Assembly (NCBI GenBank): GCA_038208045.1
Contig: JBBQZD010000001.1
Location: 4,526-68,525, forward strand
Origin: Gemmatimonadales bacterium
GTDB lineage: Bacteria; Gemmatimonadota; Gemmatimonadetes; Gemmatimonadales; Gemmatimonadaceae
Direction: 5' to 3'
Length of the DNA stretch: 64,000 bases
Shown here: positions 43,694 to 51,976 of the stretch, piece after piece
Numbering within the stretch: position 1 is the first letter of the stretch
Layout of the letters: each line of letters starts with the position of its first letter
The notes under the pieces: generated by a model
What the model saw: only the letters and a program-made list of their open reading frames with translations
Databases searched by the model: none
Told to the model about the DNA's origin: nothing
Translations under genes and position numbers: made by a program

Positions 43694-44011
43694 ATGCCTC
43701 TTCCGCTTTCCCACGGCGCCCCCACCCTGCTCATTCGCAAGCGTGCGTTTGAGGAGCATGCGCTGGCGCGCGCCGACTTCGACGTGGCCCTGCACCTGAC
43801 GGCCGATGAATTCCGGACCGAGGGCGACCTGATTGCCATCGGGCCCATCTACGACTCCGAGGGATTCACCGCGACGATCGCTGACCTGGAATCGAGAGGC
43901 CTGGTGTACTACGACGATTTCTTCGACTTCAGTGGCAACTGGCCGGAGTGGCTGTCGGTGCACGCGATGGCCAAGCGTGAAGGCTTCAGGGACTCGGCGA
44001 TCTCGCCGTGA
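43694..44011 (+). CDS. hypothetical protein (105 aa)
   Basis: Coding-like composition; its stop overlaps the rsmD GTG start (GTGA). No recognisable domain. Confidence 0.5.
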   Translation: MPLPLSHGAPTLLIRKRAFEEHALARADFDVALHLTADEFRTEGDLIAIGPIYDSEGFTATIADLESRGLVYYDDFFDFSGNWPEWLSVHAMAKREGFRDSAISP

Positions 44012-44520
44012 GGATCGTCGGCGGCAAGATCGCGGGGCGCGACCTCCTTTCGCCCAAGGACTTCCGGGTGCGGCCGACGGCGGAGCACGTGCGTGCGGCG
44101 GTGATGGACATGCTCGCGGCGGATCTCAAGGACGCCCGGGTGCTTGATTTGTTCGCTGGGACCGGAGCACTGGGCCTCGAAGCCATGTCACGCGGTGCCA
44201 AGTACTGCGACTTCGTGGAAGACCGGCCGTCGAGCCTGCATTCGTTGAAGGCGAACGTCGTGCGCTGCCAGGCGCAGAAGAAATCTCGCGTCTTCAAGAA
44301 GGACGCGCTTCCCTTCGCCCGCGACCTCAAGCCCGAGACGTACGACCTGGCGTTCTGCGACCCGCCGTACGAGTCGCGCATGCTGGATCGCGTCATTGAC
44401 CACTGGAAGGAAAATCGCTTCTCCAGAATTCTCGTCTGCCAGCACGCCACCGGGCACGAACTGCCGCGCGGCAAGGTGACGCGCAAATTCGACGATACCA
44501 CCATCACGATCTACCGCTGA
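44008..44520 (+). CDS. rsmD: 16S rRNA (guanine966-N2)-methyltransferase RsmD
   Basis: MRIVGGKIAGRDLLSPKDFRVRPT..., LDLFAGTGALGLEAMSRGA, CDPPY. Confidence 0.85.
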   Translation: MRIVGGKIAGRDLLSPKDFRVRPTAEHVRAAVMDMLAADLKDARVLDLFAGTGALGLEAMSRGAKYCDFVEDRPSSLHSLKANVVRCQAQKKSRVFKKDALPFARDLKPETYDLAFCDPPYESRMLDRVIDHWKENRFSRILVCQHATGHELPRGKVTRKFDDTTITIYR

Positions 44521-44534
44521 GCGCCGGAGGGACG

Positions 44535-44873
44535 ATGGCCTACGACGAGAAACTCGCGGAACGCATGCGCCGGGCGCTGGCCCCGCGGCGCAACGTCGTG
44601 GAGCGGAAGATGTTCGGCGGCGTCTGCTTCATGGTGGATGATCACATGGCGTGCGGCATCGTCATGGACATGCTGATGGTGCGCCTGTCGGCCGAGGCCG
44701 CAGCCGCGAGCCTGAAAGAGAAGCACGTGCGGCCGATGGACTTCACGGGCAAGCCGCTGAAGGGCTTCCTGTACATCGCGGCGGATGGCCTCAAGACGGC
44801 CGCGCAACTCAGGAAATGGGTGGAACGCGCCGTGGCGCACGCCGAGTCGCTGCCTGTAAAGAAGCGGCGCTAG
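44535..44873 (+). CDS. TfoX/Sxy N-terminal domain protein
   Basis: MAYDEKLAERMRRAL...ERKMFGGVCFMVDDHMACGI... Confidence 0.75.
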   Translation: MAYDEKLAERMRRALAPRRNVVERKMFGGVCFMVDDHMACGIVMDMLMVRLSAEAAAASLKEKHVRPMDFTGKPLKGFLYIAADGLKTAAQLRKWVERAVAHAESLPVKKRR

Positions 44874-44880
44874 CTTGGGT

Positions 44881-45082
44881 GGGCAATTCTGGGCTTCTTT
44901 CAACACGGAGCCACGGAGTTGAGGGCGAGGACCACGGAGACGGCAACGGCAATTCCAAGGGGGCTCGGCAAACGGGACTGTCCGCCGGGCCCCCCAAGTA
45001 TTTGTAGTTGCGGTCTCCGTGGCCCTCAGCCTTTCCTCTGTGGCTCCGTGTTCCGTGTTGAAAAAAGCTCAGAATGGCGCAC
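44881..45082 (+). repeat. NPR copy 9 (alpha / beta' arms; extra ccgtgtt duplication at the right end)
   Basis: Read directly. It fills the convergent spacer between stop 44873 and stop 45087. Confidence 0.9.
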
Positions 45083-45086
45083 CGAG

Positions 45087-46010
45087 CTACTTCAGGTTCC
45101 TGCGGAAGAACGCAACCGTCATCGGCCAGGCCTTCTTGGCCGCTTCGAGGTTGGCGGGCTGGTCCTGCGCGCGCAGGAATCCGTGTCCCGCCCCGTCGAA
45201 GATGTTGAAGGCATAGCGCTTCTTGAGTTCGCGCATGGTGGTGTCGGCCACGGGAATCGTGGCGTTCACACGCGCGTCGTTGCCGCCATAGAAGCCGATC
45301 ACCGGCACCTGGATCTTCGGCATGCTGTCCTTGGCCGGCGACGTGCCGTAGTAGACCGCGGCGGCGCCCAGACCCTTGTTGTTGAACACGGCGTGGTTGA
45401 ATGACGCCGAGCCGCCCCAGCAGTAGCCCACCACGCCGTACTTTTTGCTGGCGGCCGGCAGCGACATGCCGTAGGCGGCTGACGCGGCCACCCCCTTGTT
45501 CATCTCGCCGACGTTCACCATGCGGATGAGCTTGGTGGCGCTGTCGCTCTTGAGTTCGTCGGCGCTCGGGCCGCCGCGCACGCGCGACAGCAGATCAGGC
45601 GCCACGGCGATGAACCCGTCAGCGGCGAGCTGGTCGGCGACGCCGCGCACCCAGGTGGAGAGTCCGAAGATCTCGTGGATGACGACCACCACCGGCGCCT
45701 TCTTCTTCGATTCCGGGTAGACCACCCAGGCCATGAGCGAGTCGGCAGAGCCTGGTTCCCACGCGACCTTCACCCATTCACCGTGTCGCGTGCTGGCTGC
45801 GAGCCGCGCGGCGGCATCGGCGGCGCCGGCGGGAATGCCAGCCGTGCCTTGCGCCCTGGACATCGGGTCGGCGACTGCAGCCCCCGACATTTCGGTCATC
45901 ACGTGCCCGGTATGCGGATCCGTGTCGGAGGTGGCAATGGCCTGGCGTGCGGGCTCGTGCGAGCAGGCGCCGGCAAGGACGGCGAACGCAATGATGGAAC
46001 GGCGACGCAT
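45087..46010 (-). CDS. dienelactone hydrolase family protein (secreted or lipoprotein)
   Basis: MRRRSIIAFAVLAGACS signal; VVVIHEIFGLSTWVRGVADQLAADGFIAVAPDL; GYCWGG nucleophile elbow. Confidence 0.8.
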   Translation of the reverse strand: MRRRSIIAFAVLAGACSHEPARQAIATSDTDPHTGHVMTEMSGAAVADPMSRAQGTAGIPAGAADAAARLAASTRHGEWVKVAWEPGSADSLMAWVVYPESKKKAPVVVVIHEIFGLSTWVRGVADQLAADGFIAVAPDLLSRVRGGPSADELKSDSATKLIRMVNVGEMNKGVAASAAYGMSLPAASKKYGVVGYCWGGSASFNHAVFNNKGLGAAAVYYGTSPAKDSMPKIQVPVIGFYGGNDARVNATIPVADTTMRELKKRYAFNIFDGAGHGFLRAQDQPANLEAAKKAWPMTVAFFRRNLK

Positions 46011-46169
46011 GGGGGGCTCCGTGGATCGGGTACAGGCGATTGAACGTGGTGCGCCCCGGGAACGTTGCAGGGAGAGGGTTCGGCGCGCTACTTCGTGTTG
46101 ACGAAGCTCGGCATGGCGCACTACCAGGAATCTGGGATAATGTCAGGAAACCCCAGCCCGACCATCATT

Positions 46170-47231
46170 ATGAAGCGCATTTCCATCCTTGCCCTTGCGA
46201 TCGCCCTTCCCGTCGCGGTCTGCGCGCAATCACTGACGGTCGGCGGGACGTCGGCCGCCCCGGGAACGACGGCGTACGGCCGGCTCGACATACCGGCCGG
46301 TCCGGACTCGGCGACGTTCATTCCGTTCGCGCTCATCCAGGGCGCCAAGGCCGGAACGACCGTGGCAATTCTCAGCGGCGCGCACGGCACCGAGTACGCG
46401 AGCATCATTGCCGCACAGCGGGTGATTCCGCGCATCGATCCGGCCCAGCTCACCGGTGCCGTCATCGTGGTGCCGCTCATCAACCGGGCGAGCTTCGAGC
46501 GCATGCGGGTGCACATGAACCCCGTGGATGAGAAATCCATGAACGGCAACTATCCCGGGAGGGCGGACGGCACGCAGACCGAGCGAGCGCTCTTCGCCGT
46601 GGCGCGCGAGGTGATACAGAAGGCCGATGTGGTGATTGACCTGCACAACGGCGACATCGACGAGAACCTGCGGCCGTACTCGTACTGGTCGCGGTCGGGG
46701 AACGCGGCACGGGACAGTGCGGGGCTGGCGCTGGTGATGGCGATGGGGCTCGACCACGTGATCGTGCGCGACGTGGACCTGACCAACCCGGCGAGTACCC
46801 GGAGCGCCAGCGGTTACTCGGCGTCCCTCGGAAAAGTGGTGCTGGTGGCCGAGGCCGGCCGTTGGGCGCGCACCGACGAGTCCGACGTGAAGTCGCTCGA
46901 GGATGGGTTACTGGGCGTTCTGGGTCAGCTCGGCCTGTTGCAGCGCCCGAAGCCGGGTCCGATGAAGGTTACCTGGCTCGGCGATGACGCCCGGGTGCAG
47001 GCCGACAGCAATATGGTGTGGGTGGCGATCGTGGATCGCGACACCCGCGTGACGGCTGGGCAGGTGATCGGTTTCACGACGGACTACTGGGGCCGCAAGA
47101 TCGCCGACGTCCGGGCGCCGAAGGCGGGCCTGGTGACCTTCATCCGGAGCGTGCCGAGCGCGTGGCGTGGCGCGACGCTGGCGACGATCGCTGATGTGCT
47201 TGAGACACCGCCGCCCTGGCGAAAGCCGTAG
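46170..47231 (+). CDS. succinylglutamate desuccinylase/aspartoacylase (AstE/AspA, M14-like) family protein, secreted
   Basis: Signal MKRISILALAIALPVAVCAQ; SGAHGTEYAS...NP..EKSMNGNYPG...DLHNGD. Confidence 0.7.
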   Translation: MKRISILALAIALPVAVCAQSLTVGGTSAAPGTTAYGRLDIPAGPDSATFIPFALIQGAKAGTTVAILSGAHGTEYASIIAAQRVIPRIDPAQLTGAVIVVPLINRASFERMRVHMNPVDEKSMNGNYPGRADGTQTERALFAVAREVIQKADVVIDLHNGDIDENLRPYSYWSRSGNAARDSAGLALVMAMGLDHVIVRDVDLTNPASTRSASGYSASLGKVVLVAEAGRWARTDESDVKSLEDGLLGVLGQLGLLQRPKPGPMKVTWLGDDARVQADSNMVWVAIVDRDTRVTAGQVIGFTTDYWGRKIADVRAPKAGLVTFIRSVPSAWRGATLATIADVLETPPPWRKP

Positions 47232-47279
47232 TGTGCAGTAAATAAACTCAGAATCGAGTATTGCCAAAATAGTTGTTTA

Positions 47280-48269
47280 TTATGCTCTGTATTGAGTATT
47301 TGCCAGCCAGGCGATGACGCGCTCTTCCATGTAGTAGCGAGGTGCCCATGGCGGGCCTTCCGTCCAGCCAACGTGGCCGCCGCGCCTGGTGAACTCAACA
47401 TGAAGAAAGTCGTTGCTGCTGGCCACTTTGCGTGCGCTATCGAGAACATATGGAGGAACGAACGGATCGTCCGTTGCAGCCATCAATAGCGTCGGGCGGC
47501 GAATGTTGCCGATGAAGTGCATGGAAGACGAACGGTCGTAGTAGTCGTCGGCTCCGGCAAATCCGTGAACTGGGCCGGTGACCGCATCGTCGAAATCCCA
47601 GAATGTGCGGGCCTTCATCATGACGTCCCAGTCGCAGAGGTCAGGGAACTTGGCCCGTTTGGCCAGCGTCTTGGCTTTGAGCGACTTCATGAAGTGGTTC
47701 ACGTAGAGCTGGCCCATCGGGTTTTCGAGGTACCGACTACCGGCGCCGAGGTCGTAGGGGACTGAGACGCCGGCGGCGCAGGTGACATTGGGGGCGATAG
47801 AATGCCCCTGCTCACCGAGCCATTTCATCAGAACGTTGCCGCCGAGCGAGACGCCGACGGGGCGCAGGTCGAGCTGCGGGTGCTGGGCGATGAGGGTGCG
47901 GACCACGAAGTCCAGGTCGCCCGTTTCGCCAGAATGGTACAAGCGCCGCTGGTTGTTGATTTCGCCATCGCAGCCGCGGAACAGCAACAGGTCGGCCGAC
48001 CATCCTCGCCGGATCGCCTGGGCCATGAGGCCGTGCGTATAGTTGGAGCGGATGGTCCCCTCGAGTCCGTGCAGCACCAGCAGGTGCGGACGTCCCGGTG
48101 TGACCGTGCCGGCGCGCGCGATGGTGAGGTGATCGCCGTCGGGCGTGGCCCAACGCTCGAGCCGGTCGTGCGCAAACGGCTGCTGGCGGACCTTCTTTCC
48201 CCAGACGGAGGGAAGGTGGGGGCCAGGGAGCCACCACGCGTGCCGGTAATCTGACTTGAGTTCAGGCAT
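47280..48269 (-). CDS. alpha/beta hydrolase (YheT-like)
   Basis: LVLHGLEGTIRSNY..., GVSLGGN nucleophile motif. Start uncertain (48269, 48278 or 48350). Confidence 0.7.
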   Translation of the reverse strand: MPELKSDYRHAWWLPGPHLPSVWGKKVRQQPFAHDRLERWATPDGDHLTIARAGTVTPGRPHLLVLHGLEGTIRSNYTHGLMAQAIRRGWSADLLLFRGCDGEINNQRRLYHSGETGDLDFVVRTLIAQHPQLDLRPVGVSLGGNVLMKWLGEQGHSIAPNVTCAAGVSVPYDLGAGSRYLENPMGQLYVNHFMKSLKAKTLAKRAKFPDLCDWDVMMKARTFWDFDDAVTGPVHGFAGADDYYDRSSSMHFIGNIRRPTLLMAATDDPFVPPYVLDSARKVASSNDFLHVEFTRRGGHVGWTEGPPWAPRYYMEERVIAWLANTQYRA

Positions 48270-48400
48270 GCAGTTCATTCCGCGTCGGAACGGAGGAATT
48301 CGGTGGGAAAGCCAGCGCAAGCACGGCCGGGCAAGCGCCAGCGCTCCCAACTATTATAGTGGCGATCTACCGTCTACCATCCACCGTCTGCCGAACACTG

Positions 48401-48760
48401 ATGGAAGTCCAGATCTTCGGTATCGCCAAGAGCAAGGAAACACGTGCCGCCCAGCGGTTCTTCGCCGAGCGGCGAGTGACGGTGCATTTCGTGGACTTGA
48501 AGGAGCGCGGGATGGCCCGGGGCGAGTTGCAGCGCTGGGTGCAGAAGTTCGGCGTGACGCCGTTGATAGACAAAGCCAGTCGACGCTACGCCGAACTTGG
48601 CCTTGGCGTGGCCCGGCTGGGCGACGCGAGCTGGATGGAGAAGTTGATGGACGAGCCCCTGCTGCTGCAGATGCCGCTGGTGCGCTGGCAGCAGAAGGTG
48701 AGCATTGGCGAGGCGACCAAGGAGTGGGCGCAATGGATCGACGCGGCCAAGGGCGCCTGA
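48401..48760 (+). CDS. ArsC/Spx/YffB-fold protein lacking the N-terminal catalytic Cys
   Basis: MEVQIFGIAKSKETRAAQRFFAERRV aligns to the YGIKNCDTCKKA region of the family, with Ser/Lys where the Cys residues are expected. Confidence 0.6.
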   Translation: MEVQIFGIAKSKETRAAQRFFAERRVTVHFVDLKERGMARGELQRWVQKFGVTPLIDKASRRYAELGLGVARLGDASWMEKLMDEPLLLQMPLVRWQQKVSIGEATKEWAQWIDAAKGA

Positions 48761-48782
48761 TGTCAGCGCCCGTTCGCATGAC

Positions 48783-49796
48783 ATGGAGCCGGCGCCCGTG
48801 ATCTGGGCGTGGGTGGGATTCATCGTGTTCGTGGTGGCGCTGCTGGTGATCGACCTCGGCGTGCTGCACAAGGAAGTGCATGCGCCGAGCATGAAGGAAG
48901 CGCTCGGCTTCACGGCGGTGGTGATGGCGCTGGCGGTGGCGTTCACCGGGTTCGTGTGGGTGTCGCACCACAACGCGTGGTTCGGGTTGGGCACGTACGT
49001 GGACGCCGTGGACGGTCAGGTGAACGACGGCCGGCTGGCGGCGGTGAAATTCCTGACCGGGTACGTGATCGAGCTGTCACTGAGCATGGACAACGTGTTC
49101 GTGATCGCGCTGATCATGGCGCACCTGCGCGTGCCGCTGCCGTTGCAGCATCGGGTGCTGTTCTGGGGAATCCTGGGCGCGCTGGTGATGCGCGGCCTGA
49201 TGATTGGCGTGGGGGCGGCGCTAGTGGCGCGCTACCACTGGGTGCTGTACGTGTTCGGCGCGTTCCTGGTATATACCGGCGTGCGGATGCTGTTCACGAA
49301 GGATGAGGACGATGCGCCTGGTGAGAGCTGGGTGCTGGGGCAGCTGCGGAAGCGGTTCCCGATCACGGAGGAGTTCCACGGCGCGCACTTCGTGGTCTGG
49401 CTGAACGGGCGCCGGTGGCTCACGCCGTTGGCGGTGGCGCTGGTACTGGTGGAGACGACGGATTTGATCTTCGCGGTGGACAGCATTCCGGCGATCTTCG
49501 CGATCACGGCCGATCCATTTCTGGTCTTCACGTCGAACGTATTTGCGATTCTCTGTCTGCGGTCGTTGTACTTCGGGCTGGCGGGGTTGATCGAGCGGTT
49601 CCGGTACCTGAAGGTGTCGCTGTCGGTGATTCTCGCCCTGGTGGGCGTGAAGATGCTGGCGGCGAAGTGGCTCCTCCTCTGGGTGGGGGAGAGCCTGAAC
49701 TTCTGGATGTTGGGCCTCGTTGCGGGGATCCTGTTGCTGGGGGCGGTGGCGAGCGGTCGGCACGCACGAGGACCGGAGACGACCGAGGCACCGTAA
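48783..49796 (+). CDS. TerC family integral membrane protein
   Basis: YVIELSLSMDNVFVIALI and ETTDLIFAVDSIPAIFAIT motifs. Confidence 0.9.
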   Translation: MEPAPVIWAWVGFIVFVVALLVIDLGVLHKEVHAPSMKEALGFTAVVMALAVAFTGFVWVSHHNAWFGLGTYVDAVDGQVNDGRLAAVKFLTGYVIELSLSMDNVFVIALIMAHLRVPLPLQHRVLFWGILGALVMRGLMIGVGAALVARYHWVLYVFGAFLVYTGVRMLFTKDEDDAPGESWVLGQLRKRFPITEEFHGAHFVVWLNGRRWLTPLAVALVLVETTDLIFAVDSIPAIFAITADPFLVFTSNVFAILCLRSLYFGLAGLIERFRYLKVSLSVILALVGVKMLAAKWLLLWVGESLNFWMLGLVAGILLLGAVASGRHARGPETTEAP

Positions 49797-49860
49797 CGGA
49801 GATACCCGATCGGGCGGGAGCGAAGCGCTCCCGCCCGCGTTCGCCCCGTCGCTGAACCTC

Positions 49861-50814
49861 CTACTTGCCGATCGTGCCCCTGAGCGCGCCGCGGATGGCG
49901 TTCGGCGCCGACATGATGTTCATGAAGCTGTTCTTGCCCATCATGGACAACTCGGGGAAGCTGACGGCGATGCGGAACCGCGCGTACTGCGCATGAACCG
50001 TATTGCCCGACACCAGCATCTCGTACGGCAGGTGCGCCGAGGACTTGATGTCCTTGAAGTCGATCTCGCTCATGATGTAGGCATCGGCCTCGGACGCGCC
50101 GGTGGGAATGGCCCCGAAGAACTCGTTCGGCGGACCGTCCTTCTTGCCGACCTTGCCGGGCTTGCCGGCCATCGCCACACCGAAGACGGATTCCTGTTTG
50201 CCGGGAATATCGATGCGATAGACCTTGGTCACGCCTTCCCTGCCGGCCGCGAGCCCCGCCTCGACGGCCGCAATGGCCGCCTCGTGGTTCGGGAACGTGC
50301 CCAACTCGGTTTTGTCGTCGAACGACTCCATGCCGATCATGTAGTGGTACTTGCGCGCCTTTTTCTCCGTCATGGCCTTGTCCATGCCGAACTCTTCCAC
50401 GTTGCCGAGCGTGGCGGCGAGCTTGGCGTAGACGTCCTTCAGGTCGCCCTTCATCCGGTAGACATTGGCCATGTATGCCGGGTTGGTGTAGCTGACCTGG
50501 ATCTCCGATTTCACCTTGGTGATCGCCACGCGCTGGGCCGCACCGTACCCGCCGTGCTCCGAGGCGGCCGCGTTATCCTTGAGTTCGTCACTGGTGACGA
50601 TCAGGATCATCGCGCCGGGATAGGGCGAGTACGTGCCCACGATTGCAAATCCGCCGGCGGCAAGCGCGGCCTTTGTGCTCGCCACCTTCGCCTCCATGGC
50701 GCCGGGCCCGCGCGAAGCGAGGACGAACGGTTTCATCAAGTCATCATCGGCGGCCTTCGCCGCCGTGGCGCCCACCACCAGCAGCGCCGTCACGAACATC
50801 GATTTCACGGTCAT
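49861..50814 (-). CDS. hypothetical secreted protein (possibly DUF302-like N-terminal fold)
   Basis: Signal MTVKSMFVTALLVVGATAAKA; coding-like composition; the domain call is weak. Confidence 0.55.
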   Translation of the reverse strand: MTVKSMFVTALLVVGATAAKAADDDLMKPFVLASRGPGAMEAKVASTKAALAAGGFAIVGTYSPYPGAMILIVTSDELKDNAAASEHGGYGAAQRVAITKVKSEIQVSYTNPAYMANVYRMKGDLKDVYAKLAATLGNVEEFGMDKAMTEKKARKYHYMIGMESFDDKTELGTFPNHEAAIAAVEAGLAAGREGVTKVYRIDIPGKQESVFGVAMAGKPGKVGKKDGPPNEFFGAIPTGASEADAYIMSEIDFKDIKSSAHLPYEMLVSGNTVHAQYARFRIAVSFPELSMMGKNSFMNIMSAPNAIRGALRGTIGK

Positions 50815-50973
50815 GGTTCCTCCGGTGCCTTGAAATCAATGCCCGTAATCGCGTATGGCTATAAGCCAAACTCCCACATCCTGCCGGGTATTCGTCGTTG
50901 ACGGGACGGCCCCAGGCCGCATCCTGCGCGCGCCGCTGTGGTGGAGTGGCTACGCGGCGTATCTTAGCTCTCC

Positions 50974-51576
50974 ATGGCGACCCATGTTGGCACCGTCATC
51001 CGTACCACGGACGCGGAGAAGTTCCGCGCGATCTGCGCATCGGGACTGGACTGGCTGATGCTCGATGGCGAACACGTGAGTGTCGGGATGGCCGAAATCG
51101 AGTCGATGCTGCGCACGGTCGACGGACGGCTGCGCTGCTATGCGCGCGTGCGCACGCTCGAGGCCGTGCTGGTGAACAACGCGCTGGAGAACGGCGCCGA
51201 AGGGGTCGTGGTGCCCAATGTGGACACGGTGGCCCTTGCCGAGGCGTCGGTGCGTCTGGTGCGCGACTCGCGCTGGCCCAAAGCGCGCGTCGTGGTCCAG
51301 GCGGAGAGTGTGGACGCGGTGCGGAACATCCACCAGATCGTGCGCGTGTCCGGTATCGACTGGGTGTTGATCGGTCCCAACGACCTGACGGCGAGCCTGG
51401 GTGTTCCGGGACAGTTTGACGCGCCGGAATACCTCGAGGCAGTGGCTGCCATCGAGCGGGCGTGCCGGGCGGCCGATGTCCCGGTAGGGATCTTCGGCAT
51501 GACGCCCGAGTTGGTGGCGCCGTACGAGGCGCGCGGCTTTGCCTGGCTGCTGGTGGGGATCGATCGTCCGGCCTGA
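50974..51576 (+). CDS. HpcH/HpaI aldolase/citrate lyase family protein (short form)
   Basis: DWLMLDGEHV..., VVVPNVDT..., VQAESVDAV.NI..I..V.GIDWVLIGPNDLTASLG pattern. Confidence 0.75.
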   Translation: MATHVGTVIRTTDAEKFRAICASGLDWLMLDGEHVSVGMAEIESMLRTVDGRLRCYARVRTLEAVLVNNALENGAEGVVVPNVDTVALAEASVRLVRDSRWPKARVVVQAESVDAVRNIHQIVRVSGIDWVLIGPNDLTASLGVPGQFDAPEYLEAVAAIERACRAADVPVGIFGMTPELVAPYEARGFAWLLVGIDRPA

Positions 51577-51632
51577 GAGTTACCAATCCGGACGAACCGA
51601 CATCTCCGGGATATCCCCCGGTGGAAGACTCA

Positions 51633-51749
51633 ATGAATCGCTCTTCCAATAAGGGAGCCGTCGCGGACCTGATGACGCTTGCCGTGCCGGCCTGGGCACA
51701 GACGGGTTTCTTCGTCGGTGCGCAAGTCACCGGCGTCTCGCTCAAGTAA
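51633..51749 (+). pseudogene. possible remnant of an outer-membrane beta-barrel (porin-family) gene: 38-codon ORF with signal peptide only
   Basis: MNRSSNKGAVADLMTLAVPAWAQTGFFVGAQVTGVSLK* looks like a signal peptide plus the first beta-strand. The next frame continues SVGASWYVLGGK*. Confidence 0.3.
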
Positions 51750-51848
51750 TCGGTCGGTGCCAGCTGGTACGTGCTCGGCGGAAAGTAGACCGATAGCGAC
51801 CGGAAGGAGCGAAGGACGCGAAATGTCGGCCTCAGAGAAAAGTGGAAT

Positions 51849-51882
51849 GGGGGCCTGCCAAGTCGTTGCAGGTCCCCCTTTT
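51849..51882 (+). terminator. intrinsic terminator (GGGGGCCTGC-loop-GCAGGTCCCCC + TTTT)
   Basis: Read directly; lies upstream of the DEAD-box helicase 5' UTR. Confidence 0.6.
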
Positions 51883-51976
51883 GCATCCCTTCCGTGGTAT
51901 TTTCGATTGTTCGTCGTCCGAGGCCGCGACGCGGGGTCGAATTAGGTCTAAAGCCCTGAGGTGACTACGTTTATGA

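Noticed and set aside
47232-47279. AT-rich 48-bp convergent spacer with an AAATAAAC...GTTTATT inverted repeat
   Set aside because: It is short, with a large loop and weak stem. It most simply serves as a bidirectional terminator or spacer region. It is notable only because it lacks the repeat element.
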